From the human T2T-CHM13v2.0 reference genome, Homo sapiens: a DNA stretch of 64,000 bases. The notes under the pieces are model-generated. The model was not told where the DNA came from and searched no databases. It was given only the letters and a program-made list of their open reading frames with translations. Within the stretch, counting starts at the first letter, position 1. Each line of letters starts with the position of its first letter. Below, one piece after another: positions 1-12,360 of the stretch. The stretch lies in the NCBI RefSeq assembly GCF_009914755.1, contig NC_060935.1; one strand, 5' to 3'. The translations under genes and the position numbers were made by a program.

Positions 1-593
1 CATGGACCTTCAGCATGATGGCTGGCTTCTCCAGAGTGAGCAATCCAAGAGATAGAAGACACAGTCCTTTCATAGGCTAATCTCAGAAGTGACATCATAT
101 CACATCTGTGGTATTCCAATCATTAGAAGGGAGTTTGTATTAGTCTGTTTTCATGCTGCTGATAAAGATATACCTGAGACTAGGAAGAAAAAAGAGGTTT
201 AATTGAACTTACAGTTCCACATGACTGGGGAGGCCTCAGAATCATGGCAGGAGGTGAAAGGCACATCTTACATGGTGGTGGCAAGAGAAAATGAGAAAGA
301 TGCAAAAGTGGAAGCCCCTGATAAAACCATCAGATCTCATGGGACTTGTTCACTACCACAAGAACAGTCTGGGGGAAAACCGCCCTCATTGTTCAAATTA
401 TCCCCAGCAGATTCCTCCCACAACATGTGGGAATTATGGAAGTACAACTCAAGAGGAGATTTGGGTGGGGACACAGAACCAAACTATATCAGAGTCAGCA
501 AGTCCAGTTGACCCTCAGGAAGAGGAGATTACTCAAGGACATGAATACTATAAATTAGAGATCAGTGAGATTCGTCTTTAAGGCCTCCTATCA
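1..593 (-). mobile_element. Old MaLR LTR (MLT1F/G/H-type), split by a THE1 insertion at 136-491
   Basis: MLT1-like text (ctaatctcagaagtgaca..., gagtcagcaagtccag...ggacatgaatac) continues across the THE1 element. Confidence 0.7.
136..491 (-). mobile_element. THE1 solo LTR (THE1A-like, ERVL-MaLR)
   Basis: Ends tgtattagtctgttttcatgctgctgataaag ... gatttgggtggggacacagaaccaaactatatca; 5-bp TSD gagtt(131-135)/gagtc(492-496). Confidence 0.92.
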
Positions 594-1540
594 AAATCTT
601 TATTCCATGGCGTCCTTTTCTTAGGACACCATAATAACCTGTTTGAAAACCACTGATTTAAATCATGGGCAGAGAAATCAGAGCTCAAAATGGAAACTGG
701 GACATAAGAAACTACAGAGGTAAGAGAGAAGCCAGAAGGGGCTTCCAAAAACCACTAAAGTTTTGGGAAATAATGTCAAATACTATAGAAATATCAGAAG
801 CCACCCTTGAGAGTATCATTCGTAATCTAGGCAGGGCAATTGCCTTACTCTAGGGGAGTGGAAGGCAGATTACTGTAGATAGAAGAGTGAAGTTAAGGAG
901 TAAAAATAGTGAGAACAGGCGACTTTTTAAAAAGAGTCCTGTTGTGATGAAAGAAGAGTGTGTGCTAAATAGAGGTGATCTGTGCTTAAAAAAGACTTTA
1001 AAAAGAAAGAGAGATGCAACATACAAAACCCTTTCTGATGATAAGGTGACTCTGTAGGATAATTAACAAAGAAGAAAATAAAGCCATGTGGAATGTGATA
1101 CTGCAATCCTTCATCCTAGTGGCCAAGGCCTCCACTGTCACCTATGCAAGTTGCAGAAGAGCAAAACATGGAATCTATGCCATAATGTGGAGATAAAGAT
1201 TTGAAAAGGAAGTCCAAAGGGAATCTCAGAAAAATGTTTTCTATAATTTTATTTCTGCTTCTGATAATATGCTAAAATTTCCTGATATGTTGCTGTGTTG
1301 TAACACAGTGTTCATTCTGAACATTTGGATCTTTTACCCAAGTTACATTTTTGTTAGGGAGATAATGCTCATCCTAATGCATCAAATGTAATTGCAATTG
1401 TGAAGTAAATGCTAGGAAACACATTTCTTTGAATCTTCTTCCAATTCATGTATTTCTCCCCCCTTTTAATCTTCTGCCCTAATAGGACGTCTCCTGAGTT
1501 CTCTTAGTTCAATATAATATCACCGTGTTTCTTAGGGAAG

Positions 1541-1800
1541 CAGTTCTACTGTAGTGGTTAATGTCACAGGATCTGGAATTAGATCACCTGGCTTCAATTT
1601 CCAGCACTCACATTGATTATTATGTGACCTTGGGCAGACTGTAACTGCTCTGTGCCTCAATTTTATCACTTGAAAAATTGTTAACACTTTACCACCTGCA
1701 AAATGATAAAATCTTTCTTACTGGCATTGTTATGAGCATAAATAAAGTACTAGCAATTGGAAAAATGCCCAGCATATAAGAAACTCTCAACAAATGTTAT
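1541..1800 (+). mobile_element. MIR SINE
   Basis: Core tgtgaccttgggcag...ctctgtgcctcaattt; tail ctcaacaaatgtta followed by (CAT)n. Confidence 0.8.
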
Positions 1801-2061
1801 GTTTCATCATCAGCATCATCGTCATCATCATCATCCTATCACTTCCAACTGAAACCTTCGTTATCCTTGACACTTCCCTTCAGCTTCATCCTTCCATGTC
1901 TTACTGACTATTCAGTCTGTGCTCCTTTTGAAGTAGCCAGTATTCTTGTCTTTACTGAGAAAATTTATTAGAGATATTAGACACAAACTTTGCCTGCTTG
2001 AAGTTGTAACAGTTAGGTTATTTGACCACTGGCCTCAAATATGGTAAAGGACATTGATTAC

Positions 2062-2502
2062 TGTACTGAGTTAATTAGTGTCTCCCTAAAACTTGTGTCC
2101 ACTTGGAAATTCAGAACTGAGAATGTGATCCTATTTGCAAATTGGGTCTTTGCAAATGGAATTAGTTAAGATGAATCCATACTGAAATAAGGTAAGCCCT
2201 AATCCAATGACCAGTGTCCTGATAAGAGAAAACAGAGATACAGAGACAGGCACAGAAGGAAGATAGCCATGTGAAGAAGAAGGCAGGAATTTGAGCAATT
2301 CAACTACATGCCAAGGAATGCTAAGAATTGCAAGCTAGAAAGAGGAAAGAAAGAATGCTTTTCTAGAAACTTCAGAGATATGGCCCTGCCAACACCTTGC
2401 TTTTGGAATTATGGTCTTCTGAAAAGCAGAAGAAAAATTCCTGTTGCTTGTAGTCAACCAGTCTGTAGTAATTTGTTACAGCATGAGTGGGAAACTAATA
2501 CA
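2062..2502 (+). mobile_element. MLT1C-like solo LTR (MaLR)
   Basis: TG...CA ends (tgtactgagttaattagtgtc ... gaaactaataca); internal ccctaatccaatgac, gccaaggaatgc, ccctgccaacaccttg; TSD attac/gttac. Confidence 0.88.
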
Positions 2503-3667
2503 GTTACTAATAGACTTTCCCAAAGTACTTAGCACAGCACACAGCGACTCCCATGATCTGACCTTTTGTGCTTTGACCAGATTATGTTTAGGCTTCTTGT
2601 TCATCACTTATGCTGTTTTCTCAGTTCTGTGCATCTGCACCACCCTTCTACTCCATGTATGAAGCTGCAACTTCTACTTCAAGGCTCTGTTGAGGCCTGA
2701 ATCATCCTAATCAGAATTATTCTTCACTCTGTCTTTAATAGTATGTTGCAGCTACCTCTATCATATGTCGTATGTCTTTTTGCTTTGTGTTATAGATATT
2801 TGTTTAGATATCCGTCTTTTTTACTCTAAAGTTCTTTAAATCAAGATCTGTGTCTTTTTAAGAATCTCTGTATCAATAATGAGTGCAGTGATTGGTTTAC
2901 TGGAGTTCATAACATGTTTGTTAAATAAATGAGTGAGTGAGAGACTGAATCAAACTGGTGAATACCTAATACTCATGGCTTGGTTAGCAGATAGGTCTAC
3001 CTTCTCTCCCTATCAATCAATGACGGTGAATCTAAAAAGCTCACCATTAGAGATTCATTACTTCATATTATTGTGGACGAATTATCTCTTTAGAAGCCAC
3101 AGGTCTAGAAAGAATAACTGTTAAATCCAGGATATTTTCCTGAGAATACATTTATCAAATCAGAGACAAAGAGAAAATGAAAGAACTGGGTCACAAGGAA
3201 CAAAAGAAGGCAAAATGAGCTTTGAAATGAACCTCTTTGCAAGGTTTAGACACAACTCAGGAGAAAGAAAAGGGCCTCCAATTAGATTTTATTTTTAAAT
3301 CACATTTTAATGTGGAAGGCAGACAACGATGCTTAGTCATTGTATGATTGTTGCTGTTTGACAAGTAGCCCCTTTGTGTGTATCCTATTGCTGGGAGAGG
3401 AAGGGAGGTGGATATGTGAATGAAATGTTACCAGAAAAAGGGTTTGTAGGCTTCCAGGTTCAGGTCTACTGCTTCTGTCCGTTTTCTAGTTGCGGCTTCC
3501 CTCTGTATTTTAGGTCCTCCAAGGAAGCCATTTATGACAGCAGCCACATTCTGTAAAATCAATTATTTTCCCAAGTCCTGTTTATCCTAATTCCACCTCC
3601 TGTTTTGTAGGAAGGTCCTCTCTGGTTAGATACTGCAGTTACTTGTGTTTGCTGAGGCAGAGAGAGT

Positions 3668-3770
3668 GCTTCTGCAGCTGACTAAAAGTGGTGGGACTTC
3701 TGGCTTCTGCAGCTGACTAGAAGTGGTGGGACTCCTGGCTTTTGCAGCTGACTAGAAGTGGTGGGGCTCT
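3668..3770. repeat. 35-bp minisatellite, 3 copies
   Basis: Unit gcttctgcagctgacta(a/g)aagtggtgggact(t/c)ctg starting at 3668, 3703, 3738. Confidence 0.95.
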
Positions 3771-4872
3771 CTCTTCTCCATGAGGCAATGCAGCAGCAGG
3801 CTTTCTGTAGAGGCTCTTTGACTAAAAAAGCAGTTTATCTGGAAACCTCAAGGGAGTACTTGGAGAACTTGGGGTACTAGCCCTTACGTCTGGACCCGTC
3901 CAGGCAGTGAATTCATCCTTCCCAAATAAGTCTACCAATATACTTCCTGGGACATGGTGCAAATTTATTCACATGCCCATTTTCAGGCTTATATCAAAAT
4001 CTTTTTAAATTATTTATGTTTTAATTATACTTTATTACTTTTTAACTAAAAATGTCATTTCCCTTGGGTGAAGAACCCAATGCAATATGAGAAATTTCAA
4101 AGAAGATTAAAAAAAAAAACCTGTATTGGGGACAGCATTTTAAGAAAGGCACAGCATGCTATTTAGGACCTTCTCTAATCTGTGAGATAAAATGCCACAC
4201 AGTAATTTGTGCTTCACTGGAGCTCAGAGATCAAGTTTGAAGCTGTCACAAAAGGTACGTTTTGGAAAAAAAAAAAAAAAAGATTTCTAGGAGCTTTTCT
4301 TGATCAATTAATTTCTGGCAATATCCATCCAGCAGTTTGCTGTTGTTGAAAAAAAAAACACAGCTTTTATTCTTTTCCTCTGGTATTGTGATTAAATCCA
4401 AATGATGTTTTAGCAGATCTTTACTCCCACAACTTCAGAGCTATCATTGCAACTACAGTGATTTTATGAAGGGAAGGAAATTCTACCAGCGCCTCTAGCA
4501 TCAGTCAAAATAAGTTATTTCAAAGGAAAGAGGTGTCTTCAGTGGCTTAACAACAAGTTCAGTTTCCCCTTGTTTCTGGCTGAAATCTCACTTTTGGCCA
4601 AATAATACCCCCCGCCAAAAAAAGGAGGTTCTTATGGCCAGGTTTTTAGCAGGGGAAATGATCTTTTGCAGAAAGCTGTAGAGCTCTGGTTCAGAAGATC
4701 TAAGCTGAGAGACTTTTCCCCCTCAGCTCCAAAAATATGTTAACTCTGTAATCTCTGGCTTTTGCCTTAGATGTGAAATTTTTGAGGTTTTCTTATAGAT
4801 ATTTCTTTGTATTAATTCTCTGTGGGCCAAACATAACTTTGAGTTGATGTTAATTTGGGTGGTAAGGTGTTA

Positions 4873-5216
<344 letters not shown>

Positions 5217-5659
5217 GAAGTGATCATTAGCAAACACCTGGTATACCTGTAAAGCTACTCCACTTTACTAGGTCCAGGGCATGACCAAGAGGCATCAGCT
5301 CCCATGTCTGCCACTCACTGATTACCTCGCTGAGGATGGCCTTGGAGAAGACCTTCATTCCTTAGAACTTTGTTAAACTATTTTGTAAAGTGCTGAAATT
5401 GGACCAAAAGTGATTCCCTAATTGCTCTGTGGAACACTGTGATCTTTGACATCCTAACACGTGTTCTGCACAACACACAAATTCTAAAATAAAGCAAAAC
5501 AAAAATTATCATAGTCAAACAGGTGTGATAAATGCTTCCTAATATATTCCTCTCTTGATGACTTATGTTTCCTATTAGCATTTTGAAGCCTTGTAGATTT
5601 ACGTAGTAAAGAAACCTGTGTAAATCTGTATTCTTCAAACTTAACTGACCATTATATAA

Positions 5660-6050
5660 GTCAGTATAGACTAGGCTATGCTGAAATAAAAAAATACATG
5701 AAAATCTCATTGGATTAAAAAAAGAAATATTCCCCCTACCCATGATATGTCTAACATGGTTTAACTACCCTGGACAAAAGCTCTATTTTTCATGGCTACT
5801 TAGGGATACCAGCTAGTAGAGTAGACGCCATAATGAAACTTGCAGGTCACTTTGCTAGTAAGAAAAGAAGTTTAGGAGAGTCTCAAAGCAGTCTTTAAAG
5901 GTTACCTCCCAAATATGATGCATCTCATTTCTACATACAACTCACTGGTCAGAAGTAGTCACATGACCATGGTCTACTAAGAGGGAGAAAGATAGGAAGA
6001 GCCTAGAGGACAGAAAAATTGGATGGCGATGAGCAGGACTAATGACTACA
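5660..6050 (-). mobile_element. Ancient MLT1 (J/K/L-type) LTR remnant
   Basis: actaggctatgctgaaataa...aaatctca; ggtcagaagtagtcacatgacc. Confidence 0.55.
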
Positions 6051-6574
6051 ACTGCGGAACTCTTTATTATTGTAAAAGCTATAACTGGCTTGTAGAATTG
6101 CATTCTGGAAAACTGCAGCAGATGAGTTTCCAGCCCCTTCAGCTCTGAAAGTCTGCAATTCTATGATCCAATTACAAAAAACATTTCCCCCTTTATAAGT
6201 TAGTGTGTATACTTCTCCAGGAGAAACCAGTTTTTCTTTTTTTAAAAAATTGTGGTAAAATATGTATAACATAAAAGAACACACCTTATTTTATAAGCTA
6301 AAGTTTTACATCAGATGAACCTTTGAATCGACTAAAATACCTTTTAGGAGAGCTGATTCATATCAAAGCATATCTTCACACAAGCCACTGCAGAGAAACC
6401 ACTTACATTTTATGTCCAATTGCATACTTTTAGATTAACAGAGAAAAATGAAGGTTGTCTGAGACTAAATCCCATTGAAGACCATAATCTATGCAGTTAT
6501 TTCTTGGGTGGGTTCAGGGACAATTTGTGAGCCCTTTGCTTAGGGGTCTTTCTTCTATCCACTTTCTGTTGTCT

Positions 6575-6690
6575 GTTAAGTTTCCAAATATAAGAGGAAA
6601 ATGATTTTAAGTTAAGTTTCCAAATATAAGAGGAAATATAAGAGGAAATGGTTTTAAATTAAGTTTCCAAATATAATAGGAAAAATGATT
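6575..6690. repeat. ~36-bp tandem repeat, ~3 copies
   Basis: ttaagtttccaaatataa(ga/ta)ggaaa at ~6576, 6612, 6659; copy 2 has an extra internal tataagaggaaa. Confidence 0.9.
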
Positions 6691-6779
6691 CACCAGCTAA
6701 AAACGTTATATATATGTATTAGGCAAACTGGCATCCTCTACATTTAAAATATGTGATTACATATATGTGTGTATGTGTA

Positions 6780-6782
<3 letters not shown>

Positions 6783-6815
<33 letters not shown>
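6783..6815. repeat. (TA)n microsatellite
   Basis: Uninterrupted AT dinucleotide run. Confidence 0.95.
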
Positions 6816-6820
<5 letters not shown>

Positions 6821-7979
6821 GAATATATGTAATTGACTATATATATTCAATTAATCTGAAGCCCCCTTCCCAGCTCTCCCCACAAAAAATGTCTCGGGTG
6901 CTGGGAATACAAATAGGTAATGTCCTCACCAACCTTTCTCCCTGTTATTCACCTACTTCCTGTGACTTTTATTTTTGAGCCATAAAATACCTTCATTTTC
7001 TAAAGAAATAGGAAAACTGCAGTCTTGCAGAAATGAAAAGCTTGTGTTTAGCGTGGTTTAATTTTTTTAGTGTGGGGATACAATTTTTCATGTTTGGGTG
7101 AGCTGCTGGCTTGTCTCCAATAAGAGAAGTTCAATTTATCTACAGTTCATTCTGAACGACTACCTAGTGGGGACCTCAGTGGCCAGGGTAGTATTTAATT
7201 TGTCCCAGAACAGCCTGAGGCTATGATGAATTCCCAACCTTCTACCTCTCTCCCCTTAATACACATGTGATTTGTTGACGTGTTTATATAACATTCTGGG
7301 AATAGAGGCTGATTTATAAACATTTTGTAATGCAAAATAGATTTGAGCACAGCACTGTGCAAGTCATGGTTTGTGAATTGCTAATAGGCCACGAGTTTGG
7401 CTTAAATATACATCACATCCCGAGACATTAATCAATTCCTAGAGCTGAGTGAATACAAGGCTTGTCCTTATGGGAAACAAAATGCCTATTTTGAAGAAAG
7501 GAATTATAATAAGGAGCACACAGGCATTCTAGACCTTGAAGCTCTTAGCAGCAGCACGTCTTTTGTTTCATTTTTGAATGAAAAGCATTTGAAAGAAGAA
7601 GCTTGTGGTAGATTCAGTATGACTTTTTTTTTAAAAAAGGATAAATATAGTGGTTTTACATTTATATGAAATATCCAATTGTTTGGCTATTTGTGGACTC
7701 CCAAATATTTGGTCCTTGGACAGCATAATGAAAAACTCCTCTTCTATATAAAATCTCTCCAGGGCTGAGCCCATCATGAAAAATTAATGGATTTATGAGT
7801 GGGAGGAAATGGAATCTTTTTTTTTCTTTTCTCTTTGTGTTTTGTTGTTACATACTGTTAAAGCACTGATGCTTTTTTTTTGTCTATGTTTCCAATATAC
7901 AGGATTAAAAATTTTTTTTCTATTATATTAAAATACATTTGGCATTCTTGAAGATGCCGTATTTACATTCACAACACCT

Positions 7980-8180
7980 TTAAAGTGCTTTCTCATATAT
8001 CCTTTAGTGATCTGTTCAGCAGCATGTGAAAAATCTTACGCATCCTAGTATTCTTTGCATTTTAAAGATGTGATAACAGAGATTTAGAGTTTAAATGACT
8101 AGTCAAGGATATTTAGCTAAGAAATGGTGGAACTGGGATAGAAAATCAGATATTCACGTTACTAGTTTAGGGCTCTCCCT
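7980..8180 (-). mobile_element. MIR SINE remnant
   Basis: cattttaaagatgtgataacagag...taaatgactagtcaagg...agctaagaaatggtggaactggga. Confidence 0.65.
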
Positions 8181-8562
8181 GATTGTGGTAATTGTTAATG
8201 CAATTATTTCCTTGGTTATATATTTTAGATTTTTTTAATAAAGTGATTCCTCAGGTTTTAAAACTAGTAATGAACTCTCCAATAAAAGTATGTTGCAAAA
8301 AAGAAAGCATATTACTAAAATTTAAAAAGTTTGTTATAGAGTACACACTGTATTAAATCTAGAGAATTTAAGAACTTTTGAATTTCCTTTTGGTGTCTTT
8401 GTTCCAAGGTACAATGTTCTGGCCAGTTGAGGCCTAACCCAGGGGTGGGAACATTCAGAATTTCTCTATAAAAATCTGTTTTGGGGAACACTCATCTAGC
8501 ATGCTAGTTGTTTGCTTCCATGTGAAGGGAACTCAGTGAATCTGCAGACCTTAGTCTATCTC

Positions 8563-8749
8563 TTGGGGGACACATCAGACTATAGCAGGCCCCCATTACT
8601 TCCTTCATCCATTCTTTTAATACATTCATTCATTCATTGTCCTCCTTCCCTCCCTTCTTCCTTCCCATTCTTTCTTTATTCCCTTCCTTCCCTCTCCCAT
8701 CCCACTTCATCTATTTATTCTATTAACATCTTTCTGACATTTTTCTTGC
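8563..8749 (+). repeat. Local duplication, copy 1 (paralogous to 10803-10997)
   Basis: Collinear similarity; last 30 nt ctattaacatctttctgacatttttcttgc identical (8720-8749 vs 10968-10997). Confidence 0.9.
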
Positions 8750-9498
8750 ATGTTGGGTTACTCCAATCTAGAGAAGGAGGAGAGGTGACTTATCTGCCTA
8801 GTACATTTGAAAAGAGTGAACAGGGCTTACGCATACTCAGCTCTCCTACTTTCATCTACTTTTTGAAATAGTCTTCCTGCTCTGCTCCTCCAAGGCTAGG
8901 CTCTTCACCTGTGAGGGACAGGAAAGGGGGCTTGTCACAGTTCACTGAGGCTGACATTAGGTTGGTAAGTCTGCCTAATTCCCAGATACACACATCAACT
9001 GGCCCTGCTCAACTTTCATCTGTCAAAATGAGATATATGGGCAACCACCTGTCACTCCTTGGTCTTATTTTTTTAATTTATTCAGATCCTGGGGAAATTA
9101 CAGAAGTGCCATTTATTGAGCAGGCTTAAAGATGTTAATAGCCATAAACTGAGCATTTGGATATCTTGTGAACTATATATTCATCTTTAACTTTGGAGCA
9201 TTTTCTAGAGAAATGTATTTCAAAAGCCTGCAATATAGACAGTAATAATAATAATTGCAGCTGACATTGATACTGTGGTAAATACTTTACTTGTTTTATC
9301 TCAATGAATCTTCATTATACTAGTTTTGATGAATACATGTATTATCTTCAGCTTTCGATAAACAACTGAGATTTTAGTCTTGTATCTTTTCTGAATTAAA
9401 ATATTTCCCTTTATTGATAAAGCAACATAAAAATGGTACTGTCTAAAGCAGAAAAGGGTAATTGGATGGGGAAGGATTCTATGCTGTGCCCTCAAGAT

Positions 9499-10207
9499 TG
9501 AAACTCTCATTGCAAAAATTATAACGGAGAAAATTATTGCAGTGAAAGAAATCTGACCTAACTGACTCCATCTTCCTTCTAACCTCCATGCTATCCTCAT
9601 TCATTCCTGCATATGGGCCAAATTGACTTTGGAAGGAACTTAGTTTACAGTTTAACTTTGAAACAAAGATGATAACTGCCCTTTGCCAAAACAAACCCCC
9701 TGCCTACCTAGGGACTAGACTGCCTTTGTAGGACTAACAGAATAGCTACAAGATTAGAAATTATGGTTTAGGAGCCATGCAGCTGGAGGCTGCAAGATTC
9801 TGAGCCTCCTCAAATTGTTCCTCAGGATTACATCACTATTGTAAAACCTAAGATCAGTGCTTGAGATATTTTGCACACCCTGCACTTAGTGGATCAGCTG
9901 GCACCAACCATATCCATAAACTGGTTCTTCTGGTTTTGCTGCCCCCACCTAGGAACTGACTCAGTGCAAGAGGACAGCTTCCACTCCCTATGATTTTATC
10001 TCTGACCTAACTCCCCACTTTCCAACCCTCTACCCACCAAATTGTACTTAATAACTCCATCCCCAAATTTTCAGGGAGATTGATTTGAGTAATAACTCCA
10101 TCTCCCACATGGTGTGGCCAGCCTTATATCAGTTAAACTCTTTCTTTACTGAAATACTGTGGTCTTTACTTGTGCAGCAGGCAGGAAGAACCTATTGGGC
10201 AGTTACA
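9499..10207 (+). mobile_element. ERV1 solo LTR, LTR8 family (LTR8A-like)
   Basis: Starts tgaaactctcattgcaaaaattataac...gaaatctgacctaactgactccatctt, ends gaacctattgggcagttaca; perfect 4-bp TSD AGAT (9495-9498, 10208-10211). Confidence 0.88.
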
Positions 10208-10444
10208 AGATCCCACTTTGAAATAAATAACTTACTCCCCAGGCTGCTGGCAAGCTCTGGCTGTCACCATTCAGCTGTTAGCCCTCTTGGGGACAGGCAG
10301 CAGGCAGTAGGCAGTAGGCAGTAGTTTGCTCATTCATACTTGCTCTAGACAATGGAGGTCCATTGAAAGCTTTTGCACAAAACTTGTGCGTTCTCCCTGA
10401 CACCACAGGGCATTCTCCTACACCATTATTTTACTTTCAGGCCC

Positions 10445-10827
10445 TCCTTTCATTCATTATTTCTGCTGTAACAAAATACCTGACATGGGGTAATATACAA
10501 ACAACAGAAATTTATTTCTTACACTTCTGGAGATGGGGAAGTCTATAATCAAAATGCTGGCAAGTTGAGTTTCTAATAGAGCCAAGTTTCTCTGCTTCTA
10601 AGATGTCACTTTGTTGCTGCATCTTCTGGAGATAAAACACTGTGTCTTTACATGGCAAAGAAAAGCTGAACCCACTCTCTCAAAGCTTTTGTAAGGAACC
10701 TAGTTCCATCCATGAGGGTTTCCCCCTCATGACTTAATCATTTCTTAAAGGCCTCTCCTCTTAATACTATCACATTGGCCATTAAATTTCATCACATGAA
10801 TTTTGGGGGACAAATCAGATCATAGCA
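10445..10827 (-). mobile_element. MST-type (MSTC/MSTD) or MLT1A solo LTR
   Basis: aacaacagaaatttatttcttacacttctggag, cctcatgacttaatca, cttaatactatcacattgg, ends gggggacaaatcagatcatagca; TSD ggccc/ggcac. Confidence 0.85.
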
Positions 10828-10997
10828 GGCACTGATTTCTTCCTTTATCTGTTCTCTTATACATACATTCATTTGTTCATTGTCCTCCTTCCTTCACTTC
10901 TTTCTGCCCTTCCGTTCTTTACTCCCTTCCTTTCCCTCCCTCTCCCCTCCCACTTCTTCTACTTATCCTATTAACATCTTTCTGACATTTTTCTTGC
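10803..10997 (+). repeat. Local duplication, copy 2 (paralogous to 8563-8749)
   Basis: See copy 1; begins within the terminal 25 nt of the MST LTR. Confidence 0.9.
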
Positions 10998-11609
10998 CCG
11001 CTACTGAAGCCTTGATCTGGATCATTGACTCTTCCCCCTTCTGCTTTGACTGTCTCAACAACTGCAATTTTGTCTCCTGGTAAATTAAACTCAAGCAATT
11101 GCTGGCAGAAAAGCAGCTCTTAAATGACAGTGTAAGTTATTTCTCACTGGGGCTCTTTTCTCCCCTCACGTTTATGAGATAATTGGAAATAAATCTGTGA
11201 GCATTAAAAAAAAAAGGAGTGAAAAGATACTAAGATAATTTTACACCAGACTCCATTAGAATCTCTTAGAACTTTTAACTTCTGTACCTTAATACATGGC
11301 TTAATTCCTTCACTACTGCTTATATTTTAAATAATAGTCTTCTGGGATAGATGTTGTTTGAGAATGAAGTATAAGCCATATAGAAAAATGTTGTAGACTC
11401 AGATTTAACTGTCACAATACATCCTAATTCATAAACAGTAAATAATTACTTAGCATTGTCAGAAAATGATATATTCTGCTTAATCCAAAATTCTATTTAC
11501 TGAAGCATGCTAAATAATCTAGATATGAATTATCAATTTCAAAGAAAAATATTAGAATTTTTACTGAAGTAAACTAATTTTTTTGATGATTCAAAATGTT
11601 TTATCTCTA

Positions 11610-12360
11610 GATTCAGATTAGTTGGTTTAGAAGCCCAACACTATTGCATCTTTGAGTGAATGTCAAACTTTCTAAGTTTCATGTATCTCATCTACAAAAT
11701 GGGGAATATGATAATTTCTAACCTCATGGAATTATGGTACAAACTAAATAGAAATAATTTATATCACATACTTGGAATAGCTTCAGAACATATGATAGGT
11801 GTGGTGGATTTCAAATATGTCCACACATTCCTCAATACTTTTCTCTTTAAGATGTGGAGCTTAGTTCACATTCCATTGACAGCTGTTACACTTAGTGATT
11901 TACTTCCAATGAATAGGCTATGGAAGTTTTCATGACATATCATTTCCTGTGCTAGTCATTTCCTGTGTCCTGGTTGCTCTCTTGGGTCATTTGCTCCAGG
12001 GAGAAACCAATTGCATGTAACTAGGACACTTAGCTGATGAATTGAGAGGCGCACGTGGTGAGGAACTAAGGCCTTCAGAGATAACCAGCAAGGAATTGAA
12101 TCCTGCCAACAACCATGTGAACGAGTTTATGAGCAGATCCTACAGATTTCACATGACTAAACTGTCATCATCTTGATGGCAACCTCATGAGAGACCCCGA
12201 GCTAGAACTACCCAGCTAGCCACTTCTGGACTCATAACCCTCAAAAACTGTGAGAGATAATAAGTATTTGTTGCTTTACATTTGGGCATTGTTTGTTATG
12301 CAGCAGCAGATGATGATTAATGTAATAAGCACTTAATATTTGTTAGCCATTATTATTATT
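11610..12360 (+). mobile_element. MIR SINE interrupted by MLT1F
   Basis: ctcatctacaaaatgggga core before the LTR; tail taagcacttaatatttgttagccattattatt after it. Confidence 0.75.
11800..12324 (+). mobile_element. MLT1F-type solo LTR
   Basis: cacgtggtgaggaactaaggcc, ctgccaacaaccatgtga, caacctcatgagagaccc, tttgttatgcagcag; TSD atagg/ataag. Confidence 0.85.

Noticed and set aside
3668-3770. CRISPR-like array
   Set aside because: Units are head-to-tail with no unique spacers, no cas genes, and the DNA is primate
4482-4502. CTCF site (cagcgcctctagca)
   Set aside because: Core is one base short of CCASYAGRKGGCRS and the 5' half does not match
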